A DNA stretch of 64,000 nt from an uncultured Candidatus Saccharibacteria bacterium (GCA_964457775.1 CAYWEW010000005.1:5398-69397), one strand, 5' to 3'; positions 42,344 through 52,079 are shown, counted from the first letter of the stretch. Numbers and translations are program-made. Notes: generated from the letters alone by a model not told the origin.

Positions 42344-42655
42344 TTATAACTATTTATTTCTAAATTTGATTATCTTTATTAATCCGTAGTTCAACAATAA
42401 AGTAAAGCTATAAAAATTAACGTAGTTGACTCATTGGCATTTTTTGTGCTGTTGTGATATACTTTATTAACTTTAGACATGCGTCTGGTCCCCTTATTTT
42501 TAGGGAAAAACGGCGCTCGTTTTATTAACGACGTAGAGTGAGAGAAGTGGAAAAGTAATCTTTTACATTTCCGAGCCGAGGAGTTGAAAAGGATCAAATG
42601 CCTCAAAGGTTATAATTGGGATCCTTTATTTTTATAGATTTATTATATACATATT

Positions 42656-44443
42656 ATGCAACAGGAAATTCGTAACATCGCCATTATCGCTCACGTAGAC
42701 CATGGTAAGACAACCCTCACAGACGCACTCATGCAACAGTGTGGTGTTGGTGTTGAAGGTCAAACAATGGACTCAAATCCAATGGAAAAAGAGCGTGGAA
42801 TTACAATTACAGCGAAGAATACTTCCGTTCCATATAAAGGTGTAAAAATAAATATTCTAGATACTCCAGGTCACGCTGACTTCGGTTCTGAAGTAGAACG
42901 CGTTTTGCGTGCTATTGATTGTGTGTTACTTGTTGTTGATGCACAAGAAGGTCCAATGCCTCAAACACGTTTCGTACTTAAGAAATCCCTTGAACTTGGC
43001 ATTAAGCCAATCGTCGTTATTAACAAAATTGATAAGCCAGCAGCAGATCCAAAGAAGGTTCACGATGAAGTGTTCGAATTATTCATGGAACTTGGTGCGA
43101 ATGATGAACAACTCGACTTCACTACAGTTTATGCTATTGGACGACAGGGTGTTGCGATGAAAAACTTGGAAGACGAGAAAAAAGATTTAACTCCACTTCT
43201 TGAAGTTATTTTGGAAAAGGTACCAAAGGCAACAGGGGATATAAATAACCCATTTAAGGCGCAAGTATTCAATCTCGCATATGATAATTTCCTTGGACGT
43301 ATGGCTGTTGCTCGTGTATATGACGGAGTCGCAAAAGTTGGTGAAGAAATAATTGTGAAGAAGGCAACTGGTGAAACAAGAAAGGGGAGAATCACTAAGA
43401 TGTTCACATTTAACGGCATCGCAAGAAATGATGCTCAAACTGCCGAAGCGGGAGATATCGTTATGATTGCAGGATTCTCAGATATTTTCATTGGTGAAAC
43501 ATTTATGAAAAATGAAAGTCAAGAACCATTGCCTGCTATTCATATCGATGAACCAACAATCGCTCTTAATTTCCTTGTTAACGATTCACCATTTGCTGGT
43601 AAAGAAGGAAAGTTCGTAACTGGTCGTCAGATTCGTGATCGTCTAGAAAAGGAACTTGAAATAAATGTAGGTCTACGTGTTGATTTTGATACAGAAAAAT
43701 ATTTAGTATATGGTCGTGGAGAATTACACATCGGCGTACTTCTAGAAACAATGCGTCGCGAAGGGTATGAACTTCAGGTGTCACAACCACAAGTTATTTT
43801 CCATGAAAAAGATGGAGTGAAAGAAGAACCATACGAAGAACTTGTTATTGATGTTCCAGTAGAATCTTCCGGTGTAGTGATGGAAAAGCTTGGACGTCGT
43901 AAAGCGATGATTACCGATATGAGTGAGAAGCATGGAGTGAATCGTATTAAGGCAGAGATTCCTACTCGTGGTCTTCTTGGATATCGTGGAGAATTCGTGA
44001 TTGATACTAAAGGTCTTGGTATTTTATCTGCTCGTTATCTTAAGTTCGGTCCATACGCTGGTGAAATTACTCGTCGTTTAGTTGGCTCTATGACTTCAAT
44101 GGCAACAGGAAAGTCTCTTGCATTCTCACTTTGGAATCTTCAAGATAGAGGTGTTATTTATATTCTTCCTACAACAGAAGTTTATGAAGGTATGGTTATT
44201 GGTAATACATCAAAAGGTGAAGAAATGATGGTTAACCCAACTAAAGGAAAGCAACTTTCTAACATGCGTTCATCCGGTGCGGATGAAGCAATCGTACTTG
44301 TTCCTGCATGGGAAATTAGTATTGAACGCGGACTTGAAATCATGAATGCGGATGAGTATCTAGAGGTTACACCTAAGTCAGTGCGTCTACGAAAGCAGTT
44401 GTTAACTGAGAGTGAGAGAGCGAGGTCAGGTAGAAAGTCATAA
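42656..44443 (+). CDS. typA: Translational GTPase TypA/BipA
   Basis: AHVDHGKTTL, GRGELH, NDSPFAGKEGK, EVTPKSVRLRK. Confidence 0.96.
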   Translation: MQQEIRNIAIIAHVDHGKTTLTDALMQQCGVGVEGQTMDSNPMEKERGITITAKNTSVPYKGVKINILDTPGHADFGSEVERVLRAIDCVLLVVDAQEGPMPQTRFVLKKSLELGIKPIVVINKIDKPAADPKKVHDEVFELFMELGANDEQLDFTTVYAIGRQGVAMKNLEDEKKDLTPLLEVILEKVPKATGDINNPFKAQVFNLAYDNFLGRMAVARVYDGVAKVGEEIIVKKATGETRKGRITKMFTFNGIARNDAQTAEAGDIVMIAGFSDIFIGETFMKNESQEPLPAIHIDEPTIALNFLVNDSPFAGKEGKFVTGRQIRDRLEKELEINVGLRVDFDTEKYLVYGRGELHIGVLLETMRREGYELQVSQPQVIFHEKDGVKEEPYEELVIDVPVESSGVVMEKLGRRKAMITDMSEKHGVNRIKAEIPTRGLLGYRGEFVIDTKGLGILSARYLKFGPYAGEITRRLVGSMTSMATGKSLAFSLWNLQDRGVIYILPTTEVYEGMVIGNTSKGEEMMVNPTKGKQLSNMRSSGADEAIVLVPAWEISIERGLEIMNADEYLEVTPKSVRLRKQLLTESERARSGRKS

Positions 44444-44542
44444 ATTATCCATTTACGTTGTTCGAGCAGTTTGACTGCGAAGATGTCCGAAACTACCAAG
44501 TGTAGGACATGAATCGATTAACTGGAGCAATTTCTGACTTTC
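44433..44542. repeat. Palindromic element overlapping the typA stop codon
   Basis: gaaagtcataaatt / aatttctgactttc terminal stem. Confidence 0.65.
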
Positions 44543-44581
44543 GGGCTCATACATACAGTTACATACGAATACAATTCGATT

Positions 44582-45112
44582 ATGAAAAAAAATAAATACA
44601 ATCAAAAACTGAAAGCAAAAGTTCTTGAAGCAAAAAATAATAAATTTTTTTCTGCAATAATTATTATACTGTTTTTCTTTGTTGGTATGTATGGTTACCG
44701 TTGTCTTTCTGAAAAGGTTTGTGAGATAGATGTTTTAGAAAGATTTGTTCGACATGATATAACTATTACTACTCCAAATGGAGCAATGACAGTGGAGGTT
44801 GCTGACACAAAAAGCTCTAGAGAGCTTGGTCTTTCTGGTCGCACTAAAATGAACGATAATGATGGTTTGCTTTTTATTTTTGATCATCCTGGACGGTATG
44901 GATTTTGGATGAAAGATATGTTATTCGCACTTGATATTATTTGGATAAATCAAAATGGCGTTATTGTTGAAATAGAAAGAAATGCAAAACCAGAAGACTA
45001 TCCAAAAACATATATTAATAAATCTGAAGCAAGTTATGTGCTTGAATTGAATGCTGGTATTGCAGAAAAGCAGGGACTTTTTATCGGCTCAAAAGTAAAG
45101 ATTATAGAATAA
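44582..45112 (+). CDS. DUF192 family protein
   Basis: EVADT..RELGL, GLLFIF, FWMK, YVLELNAG. Confidence 0.88.
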   Translation: MKKNKYNQKLKAKVLEAKNNKFFSAIIIILFFFVGMYGYRCLSEKVCEIDVLERFVRHDITITTPNGAMTVEVADTKSSRELGLSGRTKMNDNDGLLFIFDHPGRYGFWMKDMLFALDIIWINQNGVIVEIERNAKPEDYPKTYINKSEASYVLELNAGIAEKQGLFIGSKVKIIE

Positions 45113-45232
45113 AAGTCATAAATTGCGAAGCTACTTTGTCGAAAGGCATATTTTTACAGTCGCCGTACTTACACGTACGTCTTCTGTAAAAATATGCCTT
45201 TCTTCGCGTATCTTCATCAATTTCTGACTTTT
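45111..45232. repeat. Long palindromic element
   Basis: aaaagtcataaattg / caatttctgactttt; aaggcatatttttacag/ctgtaaaaatatgcctt; cgtac..gtacg apex. Confidence 0.75.
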
Positions 45233-45384
45233 CTTACCATATCAAAGTCTGGTGATAATAAAGCAATAGATTCCTTTTGGTGCTGTTCACATCTTTATTT
45301 TTTTATACAAAAATTATATTAGTTCATAAAACCTTTTATTATCAATAGTTTTTATCTTAGTTCAATAAAGACTCTCAAAAAAGC

Positions 45385-45412
45385 TTGACAAAAAATATCT
45401 ACATGCTATACT
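45385..45412 (+). promoter_or_regulatory. Sigma70-type promoter
   Basis: TTGACA-16 nt-TATACT with extended TGn. Confidence 0.65.
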
Positions 45413-45419
45413 ATAAGAG

Positions 45420-45568
45420 TTGAGACGAAGTGTTTACTTGAGGTGTCGGTCCGTGGGCCAAACCAAATGGTTTTCATGTAGTAATGAACTCAACCGCATC
45501 GGAATACCAGATGCGAACAGCGCTATGACCCAGATGTCTCCACGGAGGCAAAAGGCGAGCGCTTTTTA
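45420..45568 (+). ncRNA. Candidate structured ncRNA, possibly 6S RNA
   Basis: GC-rich, no good ORF, strong promoter, rod-like nested stems with internal bubbles, terminator downstream. Confidence 0.45.
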
Positions 45569-45585
45569 TTTTGTATATTTGAATT

Positions 45586-45617
45586 AAAAGAGCGACACCT
45601 TTCGGTGTCGCTCTTTT
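45586..45617. terminator. Bidirectional terminator between the candidate ncRNA and rnpB
   Basis: aaaagagcgacacc-tttc-ggtgtcgctctttt. Confidence 0.75.
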
Positions 45618-45620
45618 ATC

Positions 45621-45964
45621 TTTTGTTCTATCTATAAGCCGAATTCTGTCCATGTGGTTACCCACATTGTGTAATCATGTATCTGGGCGATATTTTACAA
45701 TACCGCTCTAGCGACACTCTCATATTGCTATGAGCACGGTCTTGCACACACGTAAGGATTTAGCCGTTTCAATTTTATCTTTCGATAAACATATTCCCGA
45801 AGGAACCCTAGTCTTTCGACATTGGCGTCACTGCTCGCACCTCTATGATTGCTCACGACGGGTGTTACCCGCTACGATCACTAATTTAAAAGTAATGTGT
45901 TCGGACTTTCCTCTCTCGGTGGTAGTATTTCAACCACAAAGAGCGATTACCCAGTAGAACAAAA
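45621..45964 (-). ncRNA. rnpB: RNase P RNA
   Basis: Minus strand has GAGGAAAGTCC and ACAGAATTCGGCTTA (P4) with P1 ttttgttcta/tagaacaaaa. Confidence 0.93.
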
Positions 45965-46053
45965 AAATAATACAACATATTTTACAAAAAAGCAAGTATA
46001 GATACAATTCCACGTGCTTTTATCTGCATTTTTTGTTAGTATGGAGGGATATT

Positions 46054-47328
46054 ATGATTATTAAGAATTCTTTGCTTTTGGCTATTTTCAGTATTCTTTC
46101 AGTACTTTTGGGTATTGTTCGAGATAGATTACTTGCAACTAATGTTGGAGTTGGTCCGGTGCTAGATATTTATAACGCCGCATTTCGTCTACCTGATTTT
46201 CTATATGCGATGTCACTTGCCTTTGTTACGGCAGGGACAGTCGTACCATTTTTAACAGTAGAAAATAAAAATGGTGTAATAATTGATTCTCGTCACAAGC
46301 TGTCATCCATCTCACTTTTCTTCGCAGGTATGTCTTCACTCGCAGGACTTTTAATTGTAATAACAATACCAATGTATGCGCATATGATAGTGCCAGGATT
46401 TAATGAAGAGCAGTTAGCTATTTTTATTAGTGTTACAAGAATACTTATGATTCAGCCGATACTTATAGGTATAACATCATTAATATCCTGCTTCGCTCAA
46501 TTAAAAAATCATTTTGTTTTATATGGTATTGCACCACTTGGTTATTCTCTTGGTATTATTTTTGGAATACTGGCACTATTTCCTGTATATGGTGTACATG
46601 GATTAATTTACGGTGTGATTATAGGGGCGATTTTATCTCTAGGTATTCAGTCTTATTCATTAAGAGGGGCAAAAATGTTAGAAGTGCTCCCATATTTTTC
46701 TTTCAAACATATTAGAGAAATTTTCAAATTATCCTTTCCACGCACGGGAGTGAATATTCTTACCCAATCTCGAAATATATTTTTTACCGCATTCGCGACC
46801 ACACTCGGCCCAGGTGCGCTATCTAGTTTTTTGTTTGCACAAAGAATTACTGATGCCGTCCAACAAATTATTCAACAAAGTGTAACAACAGCTTCTCTAC
46901 CAGTTCTTTCAAAAGAATTTGTTGAGAATAGATTCAAGGAGTATAAAAAAGTAGTGAAGCGATATGTTCTTATTCTTGGAGCAATTGGATTTTTTGTCTC
47001 AGCGACAATTTATTTTTTGAAAGATATTATCATTAATCTTTTGTATGGAAACACTGACGCTCACTCACTTATCTCTTTCTTTTTAACTGGATTCTTAATT
47101 TCTCTTCCACTTCAAATGATGATAGGATATTTTACAATTAGTCTTTATTCAGCAAAAGACACAAAGAGTGTTTTTTATTCTAATTTTATTTCAACGTTAT
47201 TTGCAGTAGGGACATGTTATTCAACTTCGTATTTAGGTTATATAAGTCTTGTATACGGTGTTGTTGCAATGGCAATTGTTAATTTCTTTTTTATTTTTAT
47301 TTTTTATAGTAAGAAAAAATTAATGTAA
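46054..47328 (+). CDS. murJ: MurJ/MviN lipid II flippase
   Basis: LG.VRD.LLA, D.YNAAFRLPD, multi-TM. Confidence 0.82.
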   Translation: MIIKNSLLLAIFSILSVLLGIVRDRLLATNVGVGPVLDIYNAAFRLPDFLYAMSLAFVTAGTVVPFLTVENKNGVIIDSRHKLSSISLFFAGMSSLAGLLIVITIPMYAHMIVPGFNEEQLAIFISVTRILMIQPILIGITSLISCFAQLKNHFVLYGIAPLGYSLGIIFGILALFPVYGVHGLIYGVIIGAILSLGIQSYSLRGAKMLEVLPYFSFKHIREIFKLSFPRTGVNILTQSRNIFFTAFATTLGPGALSSFLFAQRITDAVQQIIQQSVTTASLPVLSKEFVENRFKEYKKVVKRYVLILGAIGFFVSATIYFLKDIIINLLYGNTDAHSLISFFLTGFLISLPLQMMIGYFTISLYSAKDTKSVFYSNFISTLFAVGTCYSTSYLGYISLVYGVVAMAIVNFFFIFIFYSKKKLM

Positions 47329-47332
47329 TTAT

Positions 47333-49135
47333 ATGGAAATTCGTAACTTTTCAATTATCGCGCATATCGACCACGGAAAATCTACTCTTGCAGATAGATT
47401 ACTTGAAGTTACATCAACTGTAGATAAGCGACACATGAAAGAACAAGTGCTCGATAGTATGGAGCTAGAACGTGAACGTGGTATTACAATCAAAATGACT
47501 CCTGTTCGAATGGACTGGAAGGAAAAAGATGGTAAGGAATATATTCTTAACCTTATAGATACACCAGGACACATAGATTTTTCATATGAAGTATCACGCG
47601 CCCTTCAAGCAGTTGAGGGGACACTCCTTCTTGTTGATTCTACACAAGGTGTACAAGCTCAGACACTTACAACACTTGAGATGGCAAAGAACTCTCACTT
47701 AACTATTATTCCTGTTATTACAAAGATAGATAGCCCACTAGCAAGAGCTGATGATGTGAGGGAAGAAATTATGGAGTTACTTAATTGTGAACTTGAAGAT
47801 ATTCTCGCGGTGTCAGGCAAGACTGGTGAAGGGGTAAAAGAATTGATTAGTGAAATTATCAAAAAAGTCCCAGCTCCAAAAAGTGAGTTCGGAGATGCGA
47901 CATTTAATCAGTCACGCGCTCTTATTTTTGATTTTGAATATAGTAATCACATGGGAGTTATTCTTTATGTTCGTGTTCTTGATGGAAATGTAAAAGCTGG
48001 AGACACATTACTATTCACTCAATCGAATCATAAATTTATTATTCGTGAAGTTGGAACATTTTCTCCAGCAAAAAAAGAAGGCAAAGTTATTGGCGCAGGT
48101 GAGATTGGATATATCGTAACTGGCATCAAAGAGCCAGGTATTGCGCGCGTTGGAGATACAGTAACAACAGCGTCACGTCCACTTACTGCTTTCCCTGGAT
48201 ATGCAGAACCTGTGCCGATTGTATTCGCCTCTGTTTATCCTGAGAGTCAGGACGAATTCGATGACTTAAGAAGTTCACTTTTCAAACTTAAACTTTCAGA
48301 CTCATCACTTACTTTTGAAGAAGAATCATCCGGCGCGTTAGGTCGAGGATTCCGTTGTGGTTTCCTTGGTATGCTTCACATGGAAATTATCACAGAAAGA
48401 TTGCGTCGTGAGTTTGATCAAGAGTTGGTAGTAACAACACCATCTATTACTTATGAAGTGACACTCAAGAACGGTGATGTAGAAATGGTTTATACACCGA
48501 TACATTTTCCTGATCATGGACAATATACCTCTGTCCGTGAACCGTGGATTTTATTGACCATTATCACCCCTCATGATTATGTAAGCCCACTTATGCAACT
48601 TTTCCCTCCACATGAGGCTACAGTGTCAGATTTGGCCGATTGGGGGCATGATAGAGTTCGAATTAAGTTACAAATGCCACTTCGTGAGCTCATGCGTAAC
48701 TTTTTCAATGAAGTAAAATCTGCCTCAAGTGGATATGCTTCCATTGTTTATGAACCATTAGAAATGCGACCAGCGGATGTAACGCGTCTTGATGTATATG
48801 TTGCTGAGGAGCGTGTTACTGCTTTTTCTCGTGTGATACCAGAATATCGTGACCGTGAAGAATCTGAAGAGGTTGTTGAGAAGCTGGAAAAAATTCTCCC
48901 GACAGAAATGTTCCGTGTGAAGATACAAGCATATGTAAGAGGACGAATTATCGCATCTCGTTCTATTGCTCCAATGAAAAAGGATGTAACAGGTTATATG
49001 TATGGAGGGGATATTACACGAAAGATGAAGCTGAGAGAGAAGCAAAAGAGAGGAAAAGATAGAATGGAAAGAGAAGGGAAGGTGCATATATCACATGATA
49101 CGTTCCTCCAAATGATGAAACCAGGGGAGAAGTAG
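47333..49135 (+). CDS. lepA: Elongation factor 4
   Basis: AHIDHGKSTLADR, GFRCGFLGMLH, YGGDITRKMKL. Confidence 0.97.
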   Translation: MEIRNFSIIAHIDHGKSTLADRLLEVTSTVDKRHMKEQVLDSMELERERGITIKMTPVRMDWKEKDGKEYILNLIDTPGHIDFSYEVSRALQAVEGTLLLVDSTQGVQAQTLTTLEMAKNSHLTIIPVITKIDSPLARADDVREEIMELLNCELEDILAVSGKTGEGVKELISEIIKKVPAPKSEFGDATFNQSRALIFDFEYSNHMGVILYVRVLDGNVKAGDTLLFTQSNHKFIIREVGTFSPAKKEGKVIGAGEIGYIVTGIKEPGIARVGDTVTTASRPLTAFPGYAEPVPIVFASVYPESQDEFDDLRSSLFKLKLSDSSLTFEEESSGALGRGFRCGFLGMLHMEIITERLRREFDQELVVTTPSITYEVTLKNGDVEMVYTPIHFPDHGQYTSVREPWILLTIITPHDYVSPLMQLFPPHEATVSDLADWGHDRVRIKLQMPLRELMRNFFNEVKSASSGYASIVYEPLEMRPADVTRLDVYVAEERVTAFSRVIPEYRDREESEEVVEKLEKILPTEMFRVKIQAYVRGRIIASRSIAPMKKDVTGYMYGGDITRKMKLREKQKRGKDRMEREGKVHISHDTFLQMMKPGEK

Positions 49136-49185
49136 AAATACAAAAGAGCGACCATGGGCCGCTCTTTTTTATTTACCAATAATAA

Positions 49186-49296
49186 TTACTGAATCAGCGC
49201 AACAAGAGAGAATCCAACCATACCAACGATGGCAACGATAGAAACAATTGCCCAAATTTTGTTTATTAACTTTCTGTTTTTTGAAGTGAATATCAT
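49186..49296 (-). CDS. Small single-TM peptide (36 aa, not in the ORF track)
   Basis: MIFTSKNRKLINKIWAIVSIVAIVGMVGFSLVALIQ*; convergent terminator at about 49142. Confidence 0.5.
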   Translation of the reverse strand: MIFTSKNRKLINKIWAIVSIVAIVGMVGFSLVALIQ

Positions 49297-49358
49297 ATAT
49301 GTTTTACCTTAATACTCCTAAGTGAGTGTGGTATTATAGACGTAATAATAGCAATTTT

Positions 49359-49748
49359 ATGAAAGAATATCAACATAAGCACATGGTCAGAACTCTTATA
49401 TATTCAAGGGTTACAATTGTAATTTTGTTTTTGTTGATTATATTATTGCTTCGCTCAATTATGGAACTGAATGACAAACGTATAGAAGTTGCAAAGTTAC
49501 GTAATGATTCTTTAGCTGAAAGAAAGATATTAACTGACAAAGTTGCAAAGGCTCAAAAACAGAGTGATGAGATAGCAACACCTAGAGGATTCGAGTCATA
49601 TGTTCGAACAACTTATCCAGTGGTGAAAGAGGGTGAGGGGGTTATTGTAGTTTATGACGGTGATAAAAGTCCAGTGAGTCAAGTTAGACAAGACATGAAT
49701 GTGTGGGAGAGACTTTTGGTTTTATGGCATACCGTGGTTAAAAAATAA
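49359..49748 (+). CDS. Septum formation initiator (FtsB/DivIC-like)
   Basis: TM, coiled coil, E..R....VKEGE. Confidence 0.65.
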   Translation: MKEYQHKHMVRTLIYSRVTIVILFLLIILLLRSIMELNDKRIEVAKLRNDSLAERKILTDKVAKAQKQSDEIATPRGFESYVRTTYPVVKEGEGVIVVYDGDKSPVSQVRQDMNVWERLLVLWHTVVKK

Positions 49749-49791
49749 TACAAGTTTGTCTCCTGTTTTTATTCTGTTATACTAATCAAAT

Positions 49792-50037
49792 ATGGAAACA
49801 AAAAAAGTAGAAATTTATAGTACTGTAACCTGTCACTTTTGTCATTTAGCAAAGGATTGGCTCACAGAAAAGGGTGTGCCTTATGTAGATTATAATGTTG
49901 GAGAAAATGTTGAGAAGAGAAAAGAAATGATGGAGATGACAGGGCAACTAGGGGTTCCTGTTATAAAAGTTGGAAATGAAGTTATGATTGGATTCAATCA
50001 GGAACAACTCGCGAAGATATTGGAGATAGCGGATTAA
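49792..50037 (+). CDS. Glutaredoxin/NrdH-like protein
   Basis: CHFC, GVPVI, GF. Confidence 0.9.
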   Translation: METKKVEIYSTVTCHFCHLAKDWLTEKGVPYVDYNVGENVEKRKEMMEMTGQLGVPVIKVGNEVMIGFNQEQLAKILEIAD

Positions 50038-50088
50038 ATCATAAAAATATTCTGAAAAACATACAGAAAGCTGTATGTTTTTTTGTTT

Positions 50089-50240
50089 TGCATTGTCGGT
50101 AAGAATTGGCCACGAAACTACTACACTTCGTTCGAAGTAGTTTCGCGACCCCGTTATTCGATTCCCACATAGAAGCCAAGCAGTTGGCTTTTTCTTGGGT
50201 ATAACAAAAAAAGCTTTGCATATTTTTGTTGTGCACCCTC
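50089..50240 (-). repeat. tRNA 3'-associated element (Arg copy, displaced from the tRNA)
   Basis: Minus strand: CTGC-loop hairpin, gggaatcgaa antisense, ggggtcgcga..cgtggcc. Confidence 0.7.
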
Positions 50241-50333
50241 ATGGTCTCGGAATTTTAGTAATTAGGCTCTGTAATGGTTTTTTGAAAGAAATTGGATAGT
50301 TAGATCTAACCCTCTCGGTCGGCTCATTAATTA

Positions 50334-51002
50334 TTATTTAATAAACTTAAAACTAGAAATTACTCTATTCAGAGTAGGGTCATTCGTTACACTAGTATCT
50401 TTGGGAGGAACTAATGATATTAGATACTCAACATTATTTTTTATTGTGCAATATTCCGTAAAACGAATACTAGAATTTGGTAAATCTTGAATTACATCTT
50501 GTTCTGTAAAATTAATACCATTAATAGATGTTTTGGTAAAAGATTTTCCACCCGCCTTAACACGAGAACAGTCCAGATTTTCGCCAGACATTATATTTAT
50601 CACAAATGAACCCTGAGAGTTTTCCTTTGAGTTAATGGGTTGAAATCTTATCGCATTATCATTTGGTCCGTACATATGTTCAGGTAATTTTGTTCCATCA
50701 ACATAATCTATCTGAAATCCATATTGAGGACTTGCATATGTTTTCCATTTTACATCTTGTGATTCAGTACTCTCAGTTATCACTGAATTTATTTGGCTAT
50801 TTTTTGAAGTGGTCAGTGTTGCTTGAGAATTTTGTACTAACGAAACATTATTAGTAACAGCTTGCTGAGTTACGATGGGTGATGTTTTTTTAAACCAGTG
50901 CCATGTTAATGGATTCCACCACGAAGCAAAAACTTGAGTTGTTAATCCAGTGGTAAGAATAAAAACAAAAGAGATTATTTTAATTTTTTTCATATACTCC
51001 AA
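50334..51002 (-). CDS. Secreted protein with WWNP motif, PsbP-like C-terminal domain
   Basis: Signal peptide, ASWWNPLTW, WKTY..YGFQI.Y, ISSFKF. Confidence 0.65.
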   Translation of the reverse strand: MEYMKKIKIISFVFILTTGLTTQVFASWWNPLTWHWFKKTSPIVTQQAVTNNVSLVQNSQATLTTSKNSQINSVITESTESQDVKWKTYASPQYGFQIDYVDGTKLPEHMYGPNDNAIRFQPINSKENSQGSFVINIMSGENLDCSRVKAGGKSFTKTSINGINFTEQDVIQDLPNSSIRFTEYCTIKNNVEYLISLVPPKDTSVTNDPTLNRVISSFKFIK

Positions 51003-51074
51003 TGATACCTTACTAACTGGTATTAAGAAAGTGATTTATGAGATTTAGGCCTCACGGTCTGTCTCACATGGTTG

Positions 51075-51146
51075 TGCCCTCGGCGGGAATCGAACCTACA
51101 ATAACTCCTTAGGACGGAGCAGTTATATCCATTTAACTACGAGGGC
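51075..51146 (-). tRNA. tRNA-Arg(CCT)
   Basis: gccctcg/cgagggc acceptor, gtCCTaa loop, TTCGATT; one A-C mismatch in the T-stem. Confidence 0.85.
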
Positions 51147-51217
51147 GTGTACGCACTTAAACGATTCTACCATATTTGTACTTTTGATGACATTAGAAAA
51201 TAGGATATACTTCAAAT

Positions 51218-51541
51218 ATGTTAGACAAACACATGAACAATGAGGAAAAACTGGAAGCAATTTATCAAATGACTTTGGAGAATAATGAGGTGTTGCGTAG
51301 TGTTCGTAGACAGCAATACATGTCGTCATTTTTTAGTGTTATTTATTGGCTTGTAATACTTGGTTCAATCGGAAGTGCGTATTATTTTATAAAACCATTT
51401 ATTCCAGTTATCTCATCTAATGTTGGTAAATTTGAAGAGACGATTGGTCAATTTAATCAAATAAGAAACCAAATGACAGACCCAGGATTACTTCAAGGTA
51501 TGATGAAAAATGTGGGTACTGGCACACAGTCAACGGAGTAG
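51218..51541 (+). CDS. Hypothetical single-TM protein
   Basis: ORF with TM (start may be 51233). Confidence 0.65.
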   Translation: MLDKHMNNEEKLEAIYQMTLENNEVLRSVRRQQYMSSFFSVIYWLVILGSIGSAYYFIKPFIPVISSNVGKFEETIGQFNQIRNQMTDPGLLQGMMKNVGTGTQSTE

Positions 51542-51613
51542 TTGTTGCATCTTTCGAAGTATTTGTTTTTATGATAGAATCTTAAGGACAGCTATTAGTT
51601 TACAGTTGTTAAC

Positions 51614-51727
51614 ATGCTTGGTTAGCTCGAGAAGCTTGGCTTCGAGGATGTCAAAAGTTAGTAAACTTTTGACCCGGTTGTGAATCAGCAGATTCATGGC
51701 TTGGCCAAAAATAGATTGTTAAAACGT
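51614..51727 (+). repeat. tRNA 5'-associated element (copy 2)
   Basis: atgcttggttagctc (14/15 to the tRNA-Phe start) plus the shared 54-nt core. Confidence 0.72.
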
Positions 51728-51760
51728 GAATATATAATGTCGGTGGTATAATTAAAATAT

Positions 51761-51833
51761 GCTTGGATAGCTCAGTTGGTAGAGCGCTTCCCTGAAGAGG
51801 AATAGGTCCCCAGTTCGAGCCTGGGTCCAAGCA
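51761..51833 (+). tRNA. tRNA-Phe(GAA)
   Basis: gcttgga/tccaagc acceptor, ctGAAga loop, TTCGAGC T-loop. Confidence 0.93.
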
Positions 51834-52079
51834 CAAAATACAAAAAGCGATGTCACATGATATCGCTTTTTGTATTTTGTGCTTGGACAGCAAGACAGAT
51901 TACTGTCTTGCGGCCGGCTCGAACGAAAAACCGGTCCACGAATTTATTTCAAAAAATAGGGTTCAGTATTTTTTGAAATAAATTTGTCGGTTTTTCTCGG
52001 GGTCGAGGATAGGAGATTTTGTTTGAGTCGTTAGACGAAAAAGAAAATCCCTAGCGGTGACCGAGCCTGGGTCCAAGCA
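51834..52079 (+). repeat. tRNA 3'-associated element (Phe copy)
   Basis: tgcttggac and ggctcgaa antisense; exact 18-nt copy of the tRNA 3' end at 52062..52079. Confidence 0.8.

Noticed and set aside
45474-45957. ORFs 45474..45665 and 45730..45957
   Set aside because: They overlap RNase P RNA and the candidate ncRNA.
50039-51893. ORFs 50039..50242, 51123..51329 and 51651..51893
   Set aside because: Shadows of tRNA genes, tRNA-linked elements or real CDSs.
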